64,000 bases of DNA from Candidatus Iainarchaeum sp. (GCA_023129115.1 JAGMCR010000002.1:32001-96000), one strand, 5' to 3'. Counted from the stretch's first letter, positions 1-8,878 are shown. The notes: generated from the sequence alone by a model not told the origin. Numbers and translations are program-made.

Positions 1-1158
1 GATTATGATGATTATGACTATCAGCGAGAGAACGCCGGCGCCGCCTGCCCCGCCTCCGCCTCCACCGCCACCGCCGCCAAGTTTCCTGGCGCCGAGCTGG
101 CCCTCTGCAATCATTGCCTCGAACCTGCTCGCGCCTTCTGCCTCGCCCTCTCCCGCGGCGGCAAGTAGCCTCTCGCCCTCGCCCGGCTCGGCAAGGCCTT
201 CGCCTTCTCCCGCGGCGGCGAGGAGGCCCTCGCCCTCTTCTGGCTGTTCTTCCTCTTCCGCTGGAGTTGGCTCTTCTTCTTCGGGCCTTCTGCGTGGCCT
301 CTCCGGCTCTTCTTCCGCCCGCTCTCCCGGCCGCCTCCGTGGCGGGCGCGTTGGCTCTTCTTCTCCCGGCCTTCTGCGCCTTCTTGGTGGCCTCTCCTCT
401 GCTTCTTCTTCTGGCGGCCTTCTCCTCCCCCATTCTTCGTGCCTGTTCCCGGCATCAGTTATGAGTGTCTCCAGCTCCGAGAGTATTCTCTCGCCGTCCC
501 GCGTGTGGGCTATCATGTACCTTGCGCCGACTTCTTCGTTGAGTGGGCGCGAAAGAGTTACCCCGGTAGGTGTCAGGCCCGCGTCAATAAAGTCCTTCCT
601 CGTCTTTGCCCACGTCTTAATGTCCCACTTTTTCCGCGTCTCCATAATATTCCGCGTTTCGGTGAATGAGAGGGCCCGGCTGAAGTGGTCTTTCTGTAAA
701 TCCTGGAGCCTCTCCAGCATGGAGTTGGCTTCCCCGTGGTCTTCGGTCGTGCTCGCGCGGTGGATGAGCCTCTCGACTGCGTTTTCGGCCTCCTGGAACT
801 TGGCCCCGCTCTGGTTATAGTAGTCCTCCTCCAGCACAACGCGGCCCCTGCGCCTTCTCCCCTGGTGGCCATGCCGCCCCTCGACCACCTTGATGTATGT
901 TGGCCTTAGGGACTCAATGCCCCTGTCGACGCGGACCTTCTGGGACGCCATCGCCTTCTGGTAGCCCTTGACAGCGGCCTTCCTCTGTTTTCTCGTGTAG
1001 CCCAGCGCCTTCATGAGGCTTTTCCGGTCCTTCCACTTGGGCTTGTAGGTCTTCTTGATGCCCTTTGCCTCAATCTTTTTCTGCTTTTTGTACCTTACTT
1101 CCTGAAGCTCGTAAATTGTCTTCACTTTCTTCTTGAAGAGCTCCCGAATCCTTGGCAT
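1..1158 (-). CDS. Hypothetical protein, partial (runs off the window start): basic N-terminus, R/P/E-rich low-complexity region, poly-Gly linker, start of a hydrophobic helix
   Basis: Read by hand: ATG at 1158, MPRIRELFKKK...RRRPEEEEPTPAEEE...GGGGGGGAGGAGVLSLIVIIII, open to position 1. Absent from the ORF track because no stop lies in the window. Confidence 0.75.
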   Translation of the reverse strand, partial: MPRIRELFKKKVKTIYELQEVRYKKQKKIEAKGIKKTYKPKWKDRKSLMKALGYTRKQRKAAVKGYQKAMASQKVRVDRGIESLRPTYIKVVEGRHGHQGRRRRGRVVLEEDYYNQSGAKFQEAENAVERLIHRASTTEDHGEANSMLERLQDLQKDHFSRALSFTETRNIMETRKKWDIKTWAKTRKDFIDAGLTPTGVTLSRPLNEEVGARYMIAHTRDGERILSELETLITDAGNRHEEWGRRRPPEEEAEERPPRRRRRPGEEEPTRPPRRRPGERAEEEPERPRRRPEEEEPTPAEEEEQPEEGEGLLAAAGEGEGLAEPGEGERLLAAAGEGEAEGASRFEAMIAEGQLGARKLGGGGGGGGGGAGGAGVLSLIVIIIII

Positions 1159-1255
1159 TCAAACACTGCCGGCAACCCGTTGTTGCAATTATGTTTTTTG
1201 GTGTTTTTAAGTATTCATTGCGGTGGCTGGCGCATTGCACTCATTCATCTCAATC

Positions 1256-2950
1256 TCACGGGCGGTTAATCACCGTGTTCAGGAGGTCGTACATGCCCTG
1301 GAGCGCCGTCTGGTTCCCGTCCAGCGCGTCCCTCTTGAGGTCCGCGTACTGGCCCCTCTCGGCAGTGTCCATGGTATAGCTGGCGCTTATTTCATCCATC
1401 TTGGCGATGTTCTGGCTCACCCGGTCCAGCCCCCTCGTGAGGTTCCTCGTCAGGTCGCCAATGTTCTTCTTGGCCCCGTCCAGTTCTTTTTGGTGCTTGA
1501 GCTTCTTGTCCTCCACCGTGTTGAGCGTGTCCTTCAGGTCGGCGATTGTGTCCCTGTGCGCGTTCTGCAGCTCCGGGCTCCTCGCCATCATGGCGTCGAG
1601 GTTGCTCACGACCTTCTGGTAGTGCCCGACAGCATCGTTGAGCCCTTCCCTGGAAATGTCCTTGTGGCTGCTGAACGCAGTGAGCTGGTCCATCCCCTCC
1701 TTCAGGGTGGCCAGCGCGGCATCCACGGACATCTCGTACCCCTTCCTGCCAGGAGCGCCCGGCGCAGGCAGCTTTTTCTGTATCTGCCTGATGGCCTTGT
1801 TCGCCTTCACTGCATTGTTGTGCGTCCTGCGGACCTGCCTGGCGGACTCGGCCAGGGTATGCGAGATAAGTGTCGCGGCGCCCCTAATGTTCTCCAGCTC
1901 TGCGGTCATTGCCTCGTTCTGCCTCTGGTTGTGCCTGTAAGTCTTGTGGTACCCAATCCTGCCGCCGGACTGCGACACAGTGTCCAGGAAGTCAATGAGG
2001 TTGTCGGCGCTCCGCTCCACCTTCTGAACGTGGAGGCCGGCGCGCTGGTTCATGGTCGAGCGCATCGTGTGGTAGTTCTGCATGGTCTTGATTATGTCGC
2101 GCCGCATCTCCGGCCCAAGCCGCTTTATGCTGCCGTCCTTTTCCTTGAACAAGCCGTTCAAAAGCTCAAGCGTGCCGCCCCGCTGCGCGGCCTCGTTGAG
2201 CGTGAAGTCCTTGTACTCCTCCAGCGCCTCAACGTGCTCGTCGAGCAGCGACTTCGCGTCGTAAATGTTTTCGTCGATTATCTTGATTTGGTGGCTCAGC
2301 ATCCTCACCCGGTCTGCCAGCTCGAGCCCCCTCTCGCCGGTCTGCGTCGACTTGCGCCCGCGCAAGACCTTTCTCTGCTGCGTGAGGTCCGTCCGCAGGG
2401 CCTTTTGGTCCCGCATGTAATTCTTTACCGACGCCATGTTCCTGACGTTGTTCTGGAACGAGGCGATGTTCGCCAAGTGCTGCGCGATGCCCTGGAAAGC
2501 ACCCGAGTCCATTTTCGCGATGGTCCGCAGCTGAACCTTTGTGCCATTAATGGACTGTGCCGTGTACGGGCTCGGCGCCTCGTCAGTCGCCTTCCTCTCT
2601 GTCATGAACTCAAGCAGCTTGTGGTTCTTCACCAGCTTGGCGACCTTCTGGTCAATCTTTTTCTCTTGCTTCTGGTACTCCGCTTTGTTCACGACGTACT
2701 GCCTGTAATTCTTGAGGCCGCCTTTCTTGAAGAAAGAAACGATTCTGAAGCGGTCCGGCTTTTTGACCACGTCCGTGGGGAGCCACTCCCTTGCGCCAGG
2801 CACCAGCACCAATGGCTCTGCCCCCGAAGCCACCATCATTTTATTGGTCATGGTGTGGATGTTTTCCATCTCTGGCAGGAGGCCATGCTTTCTCCTGTGC
2901 CTCTCTGCGCGGCCTTCCAAGCTGAACATTCGTTTTAGGATACGGGGCAT
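1256..2950 (-). CDS. Hypothetical coiled-coil-rich protein (564 aa)
   Basis: Long helical, charged ORF with an AT-rich promoter-like stretch near 2995-3005. Starts MPRI, like the neighbouring gene. Confidence 0.75.
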   Translation of the reverse strand: MPRILKRMFSLEGRAERHRRKHGLLPEMENIHTMTNKMMVASGAEPLVLVPGAREWLPTDVVKKPDRFRIVSFFKKGGLKNYRQYVVNKAEYQKQEKKIDQKVAKLVKNHKLLEFMTERKATDEAPSPYTAQSINGTKVQLRTIAKMDSGAFQGIAQHLANIASFQNNVRNMASVKNYMRDQKALRTDLTQQRKVLRGRKSTQTGERGLELADRVRMLSHQIKIIDENIYDAKSLLDEHVEALEEYKDFTLNEAAQRGGTLELLNGLFKEKDGSIKRLGPEMRRDIIKTMQNYHTMRSTMNQRAGLHVQKVERSADNLIDFLDTVSQSGGRIGYHKTYRHNQRQNEAMTAELENIRGAATLISHTLAESARQVRRTHNNAVKANKAIRQIQKKLPAPGAPGRKGYEMSVDAALATLKEGMDQLTAFSSHKDISREGLNDAVGHYQKVVSNLDAMMARSPELQNAHRDTIADLKDTLNTVEDKKLKHQKELDGAKKNIGDLTRNLTRGLDRVSQNIAKMDEISASYTMDTAERGQYADLKRDALDGNQTALQGMYDLLNTVINRP

Positions 2951-3065
2951 ATCAACACCTTGTAACTACTGTGCAGTGACATTATGTCCGCAATTATTAT
3001 TAAACCTTGCCATACCCATGGACGTATTGGCGATTTAAAAGGGTTTCGGTGCCCTGGCGGGCATA

Positions 3066-4181
3066 ATGCTTAATAAGGCGCCCGTGGGTAACAATGGCTT
3101 GATGAAGAGCAACTTCAAGATATTCAACGTCATGGGCATAGACATTGAGCTCCACATATCGTTCATCCTGTTCGTGCTGCTCTTCCTGATTCTTGACGTG
3201 AGCTTCCTCGTGATTTTATTGGTGCTCTTCGCCTCAATCACGCTCCACGAGCTCTCCCACTCCATAATCGGCAAATTGAACGGCATCAACGTCAAGAAAA
3301 TCGTGCTCCTGCCAATCGGCGGCATGGCCGCGATGGACGAGGTGCAAATCAAGCCGTATTCCGAGTTCAAGATGGCGATTGCAGGCCCCCTGTTCAACTT
3401 TTTATTGTGCACCTTGATTGCGCTGGCCACCCAGCTCTTCGGCCTTCCGTTCCTGCTGGGGTGGGCGGACTGGAACGCGGCGGTGGGCGGCGCCATCACT
3501 GTCCCGCTCGCGACCACCCTGTGGTCGAGCACGTTCTGGCTGAACTGGCTGCTGGGCACTTTCAACCTGTTCGTGCCCGCTATTCCCCTGGACGGCGGCC
3601 GCGTCTTCCGCTCCGCACTGGCGATGGTGACGGACTACGTGAACGCGACCAGAATCGCGACCACGGTCTCGACCGTAATCACTTTTTTCCTGTTCATCTA
3701 CGCCTTGTTCACGTACAACATACTCTTGTTGGTCATCTCTATCTTCGTCTACCTTGGCGCGGTCTCGGAATTAGAATACGCCTTGTCCAACAAATTATTG
3801 GCGCACTTCCCACTGAAGCGCATCGTGCGCGCGAACTATTTAGTCCTGAAGCCAGCCACCAAATTGGACAAGGCGATTGAGGAAATGATTAAGTCGCGGT
3901 CGCTGGTGGTGTTCACCACAATCGGCAAGCACATGGAACTGGTGAGCCTCTACGACATCCGGCACGTCCCGAAGTCGAAGTGGAAGAACACGAGCCTAAA
4001 GGAAATCGCGAACAGGGTGCGCGCCGCGGAAGTCACGGACTCGGTGACCGCAGTAATGCACTCAATGATGCGCAACGGGCTCGAGGCAATGCCCGTAATC
4101 AGCGAAGAAGAACTCGCGGGAGTCGTCTTCCGCGACGACATTAACCGAGTTTTCGAGATACTGAAAGTGAGTAATCCTTGA
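3066..4181 (+). CDS. Site-2 (M50) intramembrane metalloprotease with C-terminal CBS pair
   Basis: HELSH zinc motif, AIAGP, NLFVPAIPLDGGR, CBS-like tail (MPVI...LAGVV...DI). True start may be ~3102. Confidence 0.93.
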   Translation: MLNKAPVGNNGLMKSNFKIFNVMGIDIELHISFILFVLLFLILDVSFLVILLVLFASITLHELSHSIIGKLNGINVKKIVLLPIGGMAAMDEVQIKPYSEFKMAIAGPLFNFLLCTLIALATQLFGLPFLLGWADWNAAVGGAITVPLATTLWSSTFWLNWLLGTFNLFVPAIPLDGGRVFRSALAMVTDYVNATRIATTVSTVITFFLFIYALFTYNILLLVISIFVYLGAVSELEYALSNKLLAHFPLKRIVRANYLVLKPATKLDKAIEEMIKSRSLVVFTTIGKHMELVSLYDIRHVPKSKWKNTSLKEIANRVRAAEVTDSVTAVMHSMMRNGLEAMPVISEEELAGVVFRDDINRVFEILKVSNP

Positions 4182-4228
4182 GCAATGAGTCCAAGTGCTT
4201 CTTGATTAATGGCGCGTAGTGCTTTCCC

Positions 4229-4477
4229 TCACTGTCCGTCTTTGTGGTACAAGTCAAGGAAGACTATCGTGTCCTGGCTTTTGAGGCATAGGCAGGACAG
4301 CTTGAAGGGCGCAATGTAAACTTCCCCCGTGTTTTTTCGTGAGAAGCGCATTGGCTTTCCAACACTGGGGTCCCGCACAATCCTGGCGACCTGTTTTTTC
4401 ACCTTTTCTTTCAGGGCGTTGTCCCTTATCTTCTTGGCCCGTTTTTCAAAAACAGAGTCAGACCCAACAGTCACCAT
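4229..4477 (-). CDS. RelE/ParE-family toxin (copy 1)
   Basis: 82-aa basic protein (FEKRAKKI...PSVGKPMR...FLDLYHKD) overlapping the upstream antitoxin. Confidence 0.8.
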   Translation of the reverse strand: MVTVGSDSVFEKRAKKIRDNALKEKVKKQVARIVRDPSVGKPMRFSRKNTGEVYIAPFKLSCLCLKSQDTIVFLDLYHKDGQ

Positions 4478-4740
4478 TTTTCAAGCTCTTTCAAAAACTC
4501 TTCGCCACTCACTTTTTTGAAGCGGCCTTTTTCGTAGCGCTTGAGCGCTTCTTCCGTGCGCTCGGCGAAGCGCAGGTCTTCTCCTATGTTCTCGCCGAAG
4601 TCGCTAACGCTCTTGAGAATGAACTTGTCCCCGCTCCTGATGACGACGAACTTCTCCCCCTCCCTGAAGCCCGCGCGCATGTCGCTGGGGATAACAATCT
4701 GGCCCTTGGAACTCATCTGGGTAACGCTAATATCAGGCAT
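4471..4740 (-). CDS. AbrB/MazE/SpoVT-family antitoxin (copy 1)
   Basis: MSSKGQIVIPSDMR...GEKF swapped-hairpin motif. Confidence 0.88.
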   Translation of the reverse strand: MPDISVTQMSSKGQIVIPSDMRAGFREGEKFVVIRSGDKFILKSVSDFGENIGEDLRFAERTEEALKRYEKGRFKKVSGEEFLKELEKW

Positions 4741-4801
4741 GAGGCAAGATATGTCTTACCTCATATACAAAGTTTTCTTTTCCAAAGAAAAACTGGAGCG
4801 C

Positions 4802-5209
4802 TTATTCTTGCTGTGACGGGTCTTTGAGCTGCTCCAGCACGCTCCGGACTTGCGGCAGTCCCTGCAGATTGTGCAACCTGTCCACGAAATCCTGTTTGAG
4901 TATGCCACCGCCCTCACCAATTAATGTTACCAAGTAATTCAAACAGTACTTAGAACTAGTCTTCAAGAGCTTGTACACTTTATCCTTGTTTTCTGTATAG
5001 TCCTGATCGCCCAGATAGTTTTCCTCGTAATGCTTGCTGCTTGCAGTGGAGATCTCATCCATCAAGTCGCATAGCTCCTGCGCTTCTTTAAGGTCGATAT
5101 GCGTCCTGATTTCCTTGCTGTGGATGTAAACCGGCTTCGTGAATTTCGCGAAATTAGTAATGTCTTTCCTCAGCTGCTCTTCGTTGCCATGTCTTATTTT
5201 GAGACCCAT
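4802..5209 (-). CDS. Hypothetical protein (135 aa) lying between tRNA-Ser-derived repeats
   Basis: ORF fills the interval between repeat copies at 4796-4802 and 5247-5260. Confidence 0.6.
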   Translation of the reverse strand: MGLKIRHGNEEQLRKDITNFAKFTKPVYIHSKEIRTHIDLKEAQELCDLMDEISTASSKHYEENYLGDQDYTENKDKVYKLLKTSSKYCLNYLVTLIGEGGGILKQDFVDRLHNLQGLPQVRSVLEQLKDPSQQE

Positions 5210-5246
5210 ACATGGCTTTAGGGGCTGTGAGAATAAACAAGGATTG

Positions 5247-5260
5247 GAGCGCTAGGGGCA
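5247..5260 (-). repeat. Copy of the tRNA-Ser 3' end core (TGCCCCTAGCGCTC)
   Basis: 14/14 identical to 8152-8165. Confidence 0.9.
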
Positions 5261-5376
5261 AACCAGTATACGGAGTTGACTTTTCGACTTTGAAGTCGAT
5301 TTACCAGCCTATTTCATAAGGGGGCAAGGCAGGGGCGGGTAGCACCAAACAGGCCCATGATTGGTTTTTCGGCCAA

Positions 5377-6066
5377 TTGATTGGTTTTTGGCGTTATAGG
5401 CAACCTTTATATATTATACATGTTATGTATAATGCCATGATTAAGCTGACCGAGAAGAGGCAGGGCATAGTACTGTGGATTCTGGAGAACAGGGGCAAGC
5501 AGTGGTCTATCCACGAGCTTTGCACGAAGTTTGGCGGCCTGACGTACCCGAGCACTTATGACTTTGTCAACCAGCTTTTGGGGGCAGGGTATTTGATGAA
5601 GACCGAGGCCCGGGAGTTCACGGCAATGAATGCCCACGCACTGGTGCAGCAGCTGGCATACACGTTTCCATTAAAGGCCAAGGAGAAAAAGTGCTTCTTT
5701 GTGGTGGGGGGCATGGCAGACAAGATAAAGGTGCTCAAGAGCATCAAATTGGATTATTCGCTTACTGCGTTTGCTGCTGGCGAAGTGCTCCACCCCTATG
5801 TAAAGACAGAAAAAGTCCACGCCTATGCCCGAAAAAAAGACATTGGAAAATGGGGGGAGGAACTGGCCAGGAAAGGGGCCAGGCCTGCTTTTGAGGACGA
5901 GGCGAACCTGTTCCTGCTTCCAGTCCAAGAAGATTACTACTTCAACTTGTCCAGGAACATTCACGGCTTCAGGATAGCGCCGCTGGGCCTCGTTCTGGCT
6001 GACCTGGTTTCGATTGGGGGCCTTGGGGAAGAGCAGGCAAAGATGATTGAAGGGGCAGTGGAATGA
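5377..6066 (+). CDS. Winged-HTH protein, putative type IV TA antitoxin (AbiEi-like)
   Basis: N-terminal wHTH (WSIHELC...TYDFVNQLLGAGYL), YSLTAFAAG and VLADL motifs; coupled to a nucleotidyltransferase. Start probably ~5437. Confidence 0.6.
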   Translation: MIGFWRYRQPLYIIHVMYNAMIKLTEKRQGIVLWILENRGKQWSIHELCTKFGGLTYPSTYDFVNQLLGAGYLMKTEAREFTAMNAHALVQQLAYTFPLKAKEKKCFFVVGGMADKIKVLKSIKLDYSLTAFAAGEVLHPYVKTEKVHAYARKKDIGKWGEELARKGARPAFEDEANLFLLPVQEDYYFNLSRNIHGFRIAPLGLVLADLVSIGGLGEEQAKMIEGAVE

Positions 6067-6776
6067 TCGACGGGATTATGGCGGAGTACTCAAACAAGTG
6101 CCTGGCAGAGCTGTTCAGGCACGTGAAGCAAAAAAGCAGTATTGGCCTCATGGGCGGCTGGGCAGTCCACTACCTCTTGAAAGAAAAGGGGGTTGAGCAC
6201 ATTGGCTCTAGGGACATCGACATTTTCTTTGACCCGGAGAAGGTATCGTTTAAGAAAATCCGGGAACTGATTGAGGGGGAGGGGTTCAGGCCGCACTCGA
6301 CTTTCAGGTGGGCAAAGTTTGTCCACAGGCTTACTGGCAAGGAGATGAATAGTGCAGAGGCAACCAAAGTCCCGCAGTATGACTTGTGTGTTGTTTATGT
6401 TGATGTTGCAGCCCCACGGCACGTCGACAAAAGAGTGATGGACTTGCCTTTGTTGGAAAAAGTGTTTGAAGGGGAATCAAAATGGATTAAAGTGAATGGC
6501 ACCAAAGTCCTGGTCCCAAGCGAGAAAATAATGGCTGAGATGAAGCTGGATTCCACTGGAGAGCGGGGGGACCGGTTCAAGAAGTCCAAGGACATTGCTG
6601 ACCTGTTCATGCTGCTTTACAGCGAGCCCGGGCTGCTGGAGGCCGCCGACAAAAAATTGAGGAGAAAATTCAAGTTGGACTTAGGCGATTTTGGGACTTC
6701 TGGCAATCTAGCTGACGCTGCCAACATGTTGGGGGTGCCAGTAAGCGTAATACTGCGCGTCTTGGACAGGCTTTAG
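6063..6776 (+). CDS. Nucleotidyltransferase-fold protein, putative AbiEii-like toxin
   Basis: MGGWAV, SRDIDIF, MKL and KDIADL motifs; 4-bp overlap with the upstream gene. Confidence 0.72.
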   Translation: MIDGIMAEYSNKCLAELFRHVKQKSSIGLMGGWAVHYLLKEKGVEHIGSRDIDIFFDPEKVSFKKIRELIEGEGFRPHSTFRWAKFVHRLTGKEMNSAEATKVPQYDLCVVYVDVAAPRHVDKRVMDLPLLEKVFEGESKWIKVNGTKVLVPSEKIMAEMKLDSTGERGDRFKKSKDIADLFMLLYSEPGLLEAADKKLRRKFKLDLGDFGTSGNLADAANMLGVPVSVILRVLDRL

Positions 6777-6803
6777 TTGGAACGGCTTGGTCAGCATTTT
6801 CCC

Positions 6804-7052
6804 TCACTGTCCGTCTTTGTGGTACAAGTCAAGGAAGACTATCGTGTCCTGGCTTTTGAGGCATAGGCAGGACAGCCTGAAGGGCGCAATGTAAACTTCT
6901 CTCGTGTTTTTTCGTGAGAAGCGCATTGGCTCCCCGATTGTGGGGTCCCGCACAATCCTGGCGACCTGTTTTTTCACCTTTTCTTTCAGGGCGTTGTCCC
7001 TTATCTTCTTGGCCCGTTTTTTAAAAACAGAGTCAGACCCAACAGTCACCAT
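6804..7052 (-). CDS. RelE/ParE-family toxin (copy 2)
   Basis: Near-identical to 4229-4477. Confidence 0.8.
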   Translation of the reverse strand: MVTVGSDSVFKKRAKKIRDNALKEKVKKQVARIVRDPTIGEPMRFSRKNTREVYIAPFRLSCLCLKSQDTIVFLDLYHKDGQ

Positions 7053-7315
7053 TTTTCAAGCTCTTTCAAAAACTCTCCGCCACTCACTTTTTTGAAGCGG
7101 CCTTTTTCGTAGCGCTTGAGCGCTTCTTCCGTGCGCTCGGCGAAGCGCAGGTCTTCTCCTATGTTCTCGCCGAAGTCGCTAACGCTCTTGAGAATGAACT
7201 TGTCCCCGCTCCTGATGACGACGAACTTCTCCCCCTCCCTGAAGCCCGCGCGCATGTCGCTGGGGATAACAATCTGGCCCTTCGAACTCATTCGGGTAAC
7301 GCTAATATCAGGCAT
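7046..7315 (-). CDS. AbrB/MazE/SpoVT-family antitoxin (copy 2)
   Basis: Near-identical to 4471-4740. Confidence 0.88.
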   Translation of the reverse strand: MPDISVTRMSSKGQIVIPSDMRAGFREGEKFVVIRSGDKFILKSVSDFGENIGEDLRFAERTEEALKRYEKGRFKKVSGGEFLKELEKW

Positions 7316-7365
7316 GAGGCAAGATATGTCTTACCTCGTATACAAAGTTTTCTTTTCCAAAGAAG

Positions 7366-7384
7366 GGGTCGAGCGCTGGAGGCA
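7366..7384 (-). repeat. Copy of the tRNA-Ser 3' end plus flank
   Basis: GGGTCGAGCGCTGGAGGCA vs GGGTCGAGCGCTAGGGGCA at 8147-8165 (17/19). Confidence 0.85.
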
Positions 7385-7416
7385 AGCGTTATTAAAACGG
7401 TTTAGACCGCCGGTTG

Positions 7417-7689
7417 TCAAAAAAATTGGTTGTACCACTTTTCGTAGTCTTTGTGTTTTCCAACGAAGTAGAATCTTACTGTTTTGTTTAGCTCGAATAT
7501 TCTGTAAACAATTCTGTGTTGTCCTGTTTCGTTCACGAAGAATCTGGCTCCTTTTTTGAGGTGCCTTTTGCGCGGGTGTTCAAGAATATTTTTGATTTTC
7601 TTGGCAATCCGTTCTTTTGTTTGATTATCTAGTTTTCGGAAGTATTTCGGCCAGTCTTGATCGAATCTTTCTGTGTACATGACACTCAT
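7417..7689 (-). CDS. RelE/ParE-family toxin
   Basis: FRKLDNQTKERIAKKI...GQHRIVYRI...FVGKHK pattern. Confidence 0.85.
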   Translation of the reverse strand: MSVMYTERFDQDWPKYFRKLDNQTKERIAKKIKNILEHPRKRHLKKGARFFVNETGQHRIVYRIFELNKTVRFYFVGKHKDYEKWYNQFF

Positions 7690-7928
7690 TTCAAGTGTTT
7701 TACATATGGCCCAAGCGCTTCTTCAGCAGTCAATAGTTTTCTTTTTCCTTGTTTTATTTTTTTATCGATTCTATCGAGTTTTCTGGCGACTAGTCCTTCT
7801 TCATTGGCATGGCTTTCCCCGAAATTTATTATAGCTAATCTAATTGCTTCTGACAATGTGTTTGCATAGCCTTCCTCAACCATATCCTCCAAAATTTGCT
7901 TTGTCCTTCCTCTTAAAATAACATTCAT
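7686..7928 (-). CDS. Ribbon-helix-helix (CopG-like) antitoxin
   Basis: MNVILRG...LEDMVEEGYANTLSEAIRLAI; start moved to the ATG at 7928; 4-bp overlap with the toxin. Confidence 0.8.
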   Translation of the reverse strand: MNVILRGRTKQILEDMVEEGYANTLSEAIRLAIINFGESHANEEGLVARKLDRIDKKIKQGKRKLLTAEEALGPYVKHLK

Positions 7929-7958
7929 TACAGGCCACCAACCATTTGATGTGTGTAT

Positions 7959-7995
7959 TATGTATCGTTTATGGTTTAAATATGTATCGTTTATG
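7959..7995 (-). promoter_or_regulatory. TATA box flanked by 15-bp direct repeats; candidate autoregulatory operator of the RHH-RelE operon
   Basis: TATGTATCGTTTATG at 7959-7973 and 7981-7995 around TTTAAA. Confidence 0.55.
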
Positions 7996-8001
7996 AATAA
8001 A

Positions 8002-8014
8002 AGCGCTAGGGGCA
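8002..8014 (-). repeat. Copy of the tRNA-Ser 3' end core
   Basis: AGCGCTAGGGGCA, 13/13 identical to 8153-8165. Confidence 0.88.
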
Positions 8015-8022
8015 GTGTCATA

Positions 8023-8080
8023 ACGCCTGAAACTCAGGCGGCACGTTAGACGAGGGAGGCGCAAGGCCTCCCGGCGGCAT
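8023..8080 (-). repeat. 3' half of the structured non-coding element (family of 52496-52649)
   Basis: Reverse complement matches ~52594-52649, with a compensatory pair change in the GGGNGGC/GCCNCCC stem. Confidence 0.9.
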
Positions 8081-8154
8081 TTTCCATCGACGCTTTTCTA
8101 CCGAGCAGCCGCTGAGCAGGCAAGCGAAGTGGCTGTAACAGAAAAAGGGTCGAG

Positions 8155-8239
8155 CGCTAGGGGCAGGATTTGAACCTGCACGGGCCGAAGCCCACCGGCT
8201 CTCAAGGCCGGCGCGTTAACCGGATTCCGCCACCCTAGC
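8155..8239 (-). tRNA. tRNA-Ser(TGA)
   Basis: Acceptor GCTAGGG/CCCTAGC, anticodon arm CCGGC-CTTGAGA-GCCGG, long variable arm, T arm GCAGG-TTCAAAT-CCTGC, discriminator G; CCA not encoded. Confidence 0.97.
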
Positions 8240-8373
8240 AGCGTCTTGGGGGGAGCGCAGCTCCCCCCGCTACCCTTTCGGGAATCGCAATTCCCTTATT
8301 TCTGGCGATTTCCGAAATAAGGCGATACGAAATCGCCGAAATGGGAAGCACCCCCCCTCAGTAAAACTGTATT
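8240..8373 (+). repeat. 5' half of the structured non-coding element
   Basis: AGCGTCTTGGGGGGAGCGCAGCTCCCCCC...GGGAAG...CCCTCAGTAAAACTGTA, matching the copies at 52496 and 60647. Confidence 0.85.
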
Positions 8374-8383
8374 ACTTAAAAAA

Positions 8384-8458
8384 TGGGCCCGGTCGGATTC
8401 GAACCGACGAGCTTCTCCACGTCAAGGAGACGTCCTAACCAGGCTAGACCACGAGCCC
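8384..8458 (-). tRNA. tRNA-Val(GAC)
   Basis: Cloverleaf with anticodon arm TCTCC-TTGACGT-GGAGA; TTTATAAA box ~25 nt upstream. Confidence 0.97.
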
Positions 8459-8500
8459 ATTGCGTCGTATTTCTATCGTTTCTTTATAAAAGTGTTACAG

Positions 8501-8574
8501 TGGACCTGGCGCGATTCGAACGCGCGACTTCCCCCACGCCAAGGGGGTACTCTTCCGGACTGAGCTACAGGCCC
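8501..8574 (-). tRNA. tRNA-Ala(GGC)
   Basis: Cloverleaf, anticodon GGC, G3:U70 identity pair. Confidence 0.97.
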
Positions 8575-8617
8575 GTGGGTAACTATTTCCATAAATCTCT
8601 TTTTAAATCCGACTGTC

Positions 8618-8860
<243 letters not shown>

Positions 8861-8878
8861 TTATGGGCGGAGGTAATA

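Larger units (their letters stand above)
4223..4789. repeat. 567-bp near-identical duplication of the AbrB-RelE module (other copy 6798-7364)
   Basis: Direct alignment at a constant 2575-bp offset with scattered substitutions. Confidence 0.95.

Noticed and set aside
5-2938. Long + strand ORFs 5-820 and 1223-2938 (likewise 8910-9938, 23023-24228, 27351-28625, 38220-39584)
   Set aside because: These are antisense shadows of better-supported genes in GC-rich DNA.
6776-6797. Possible additional degenerate Ser core (TGGAACGGCTTGGTCA) between the nucleotidyltransferase and RelE genes
   Set aside because: Too many mismatches to count, although a boundary is expected here.
8155-8239. tRNA-Sec or tRNA-Leu because of the long variable arm
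   Set aside because: The anticodon is TGA with a 7-bp acceptor stem and G discriminator, i.e. an ordinary tRNA-Ser.
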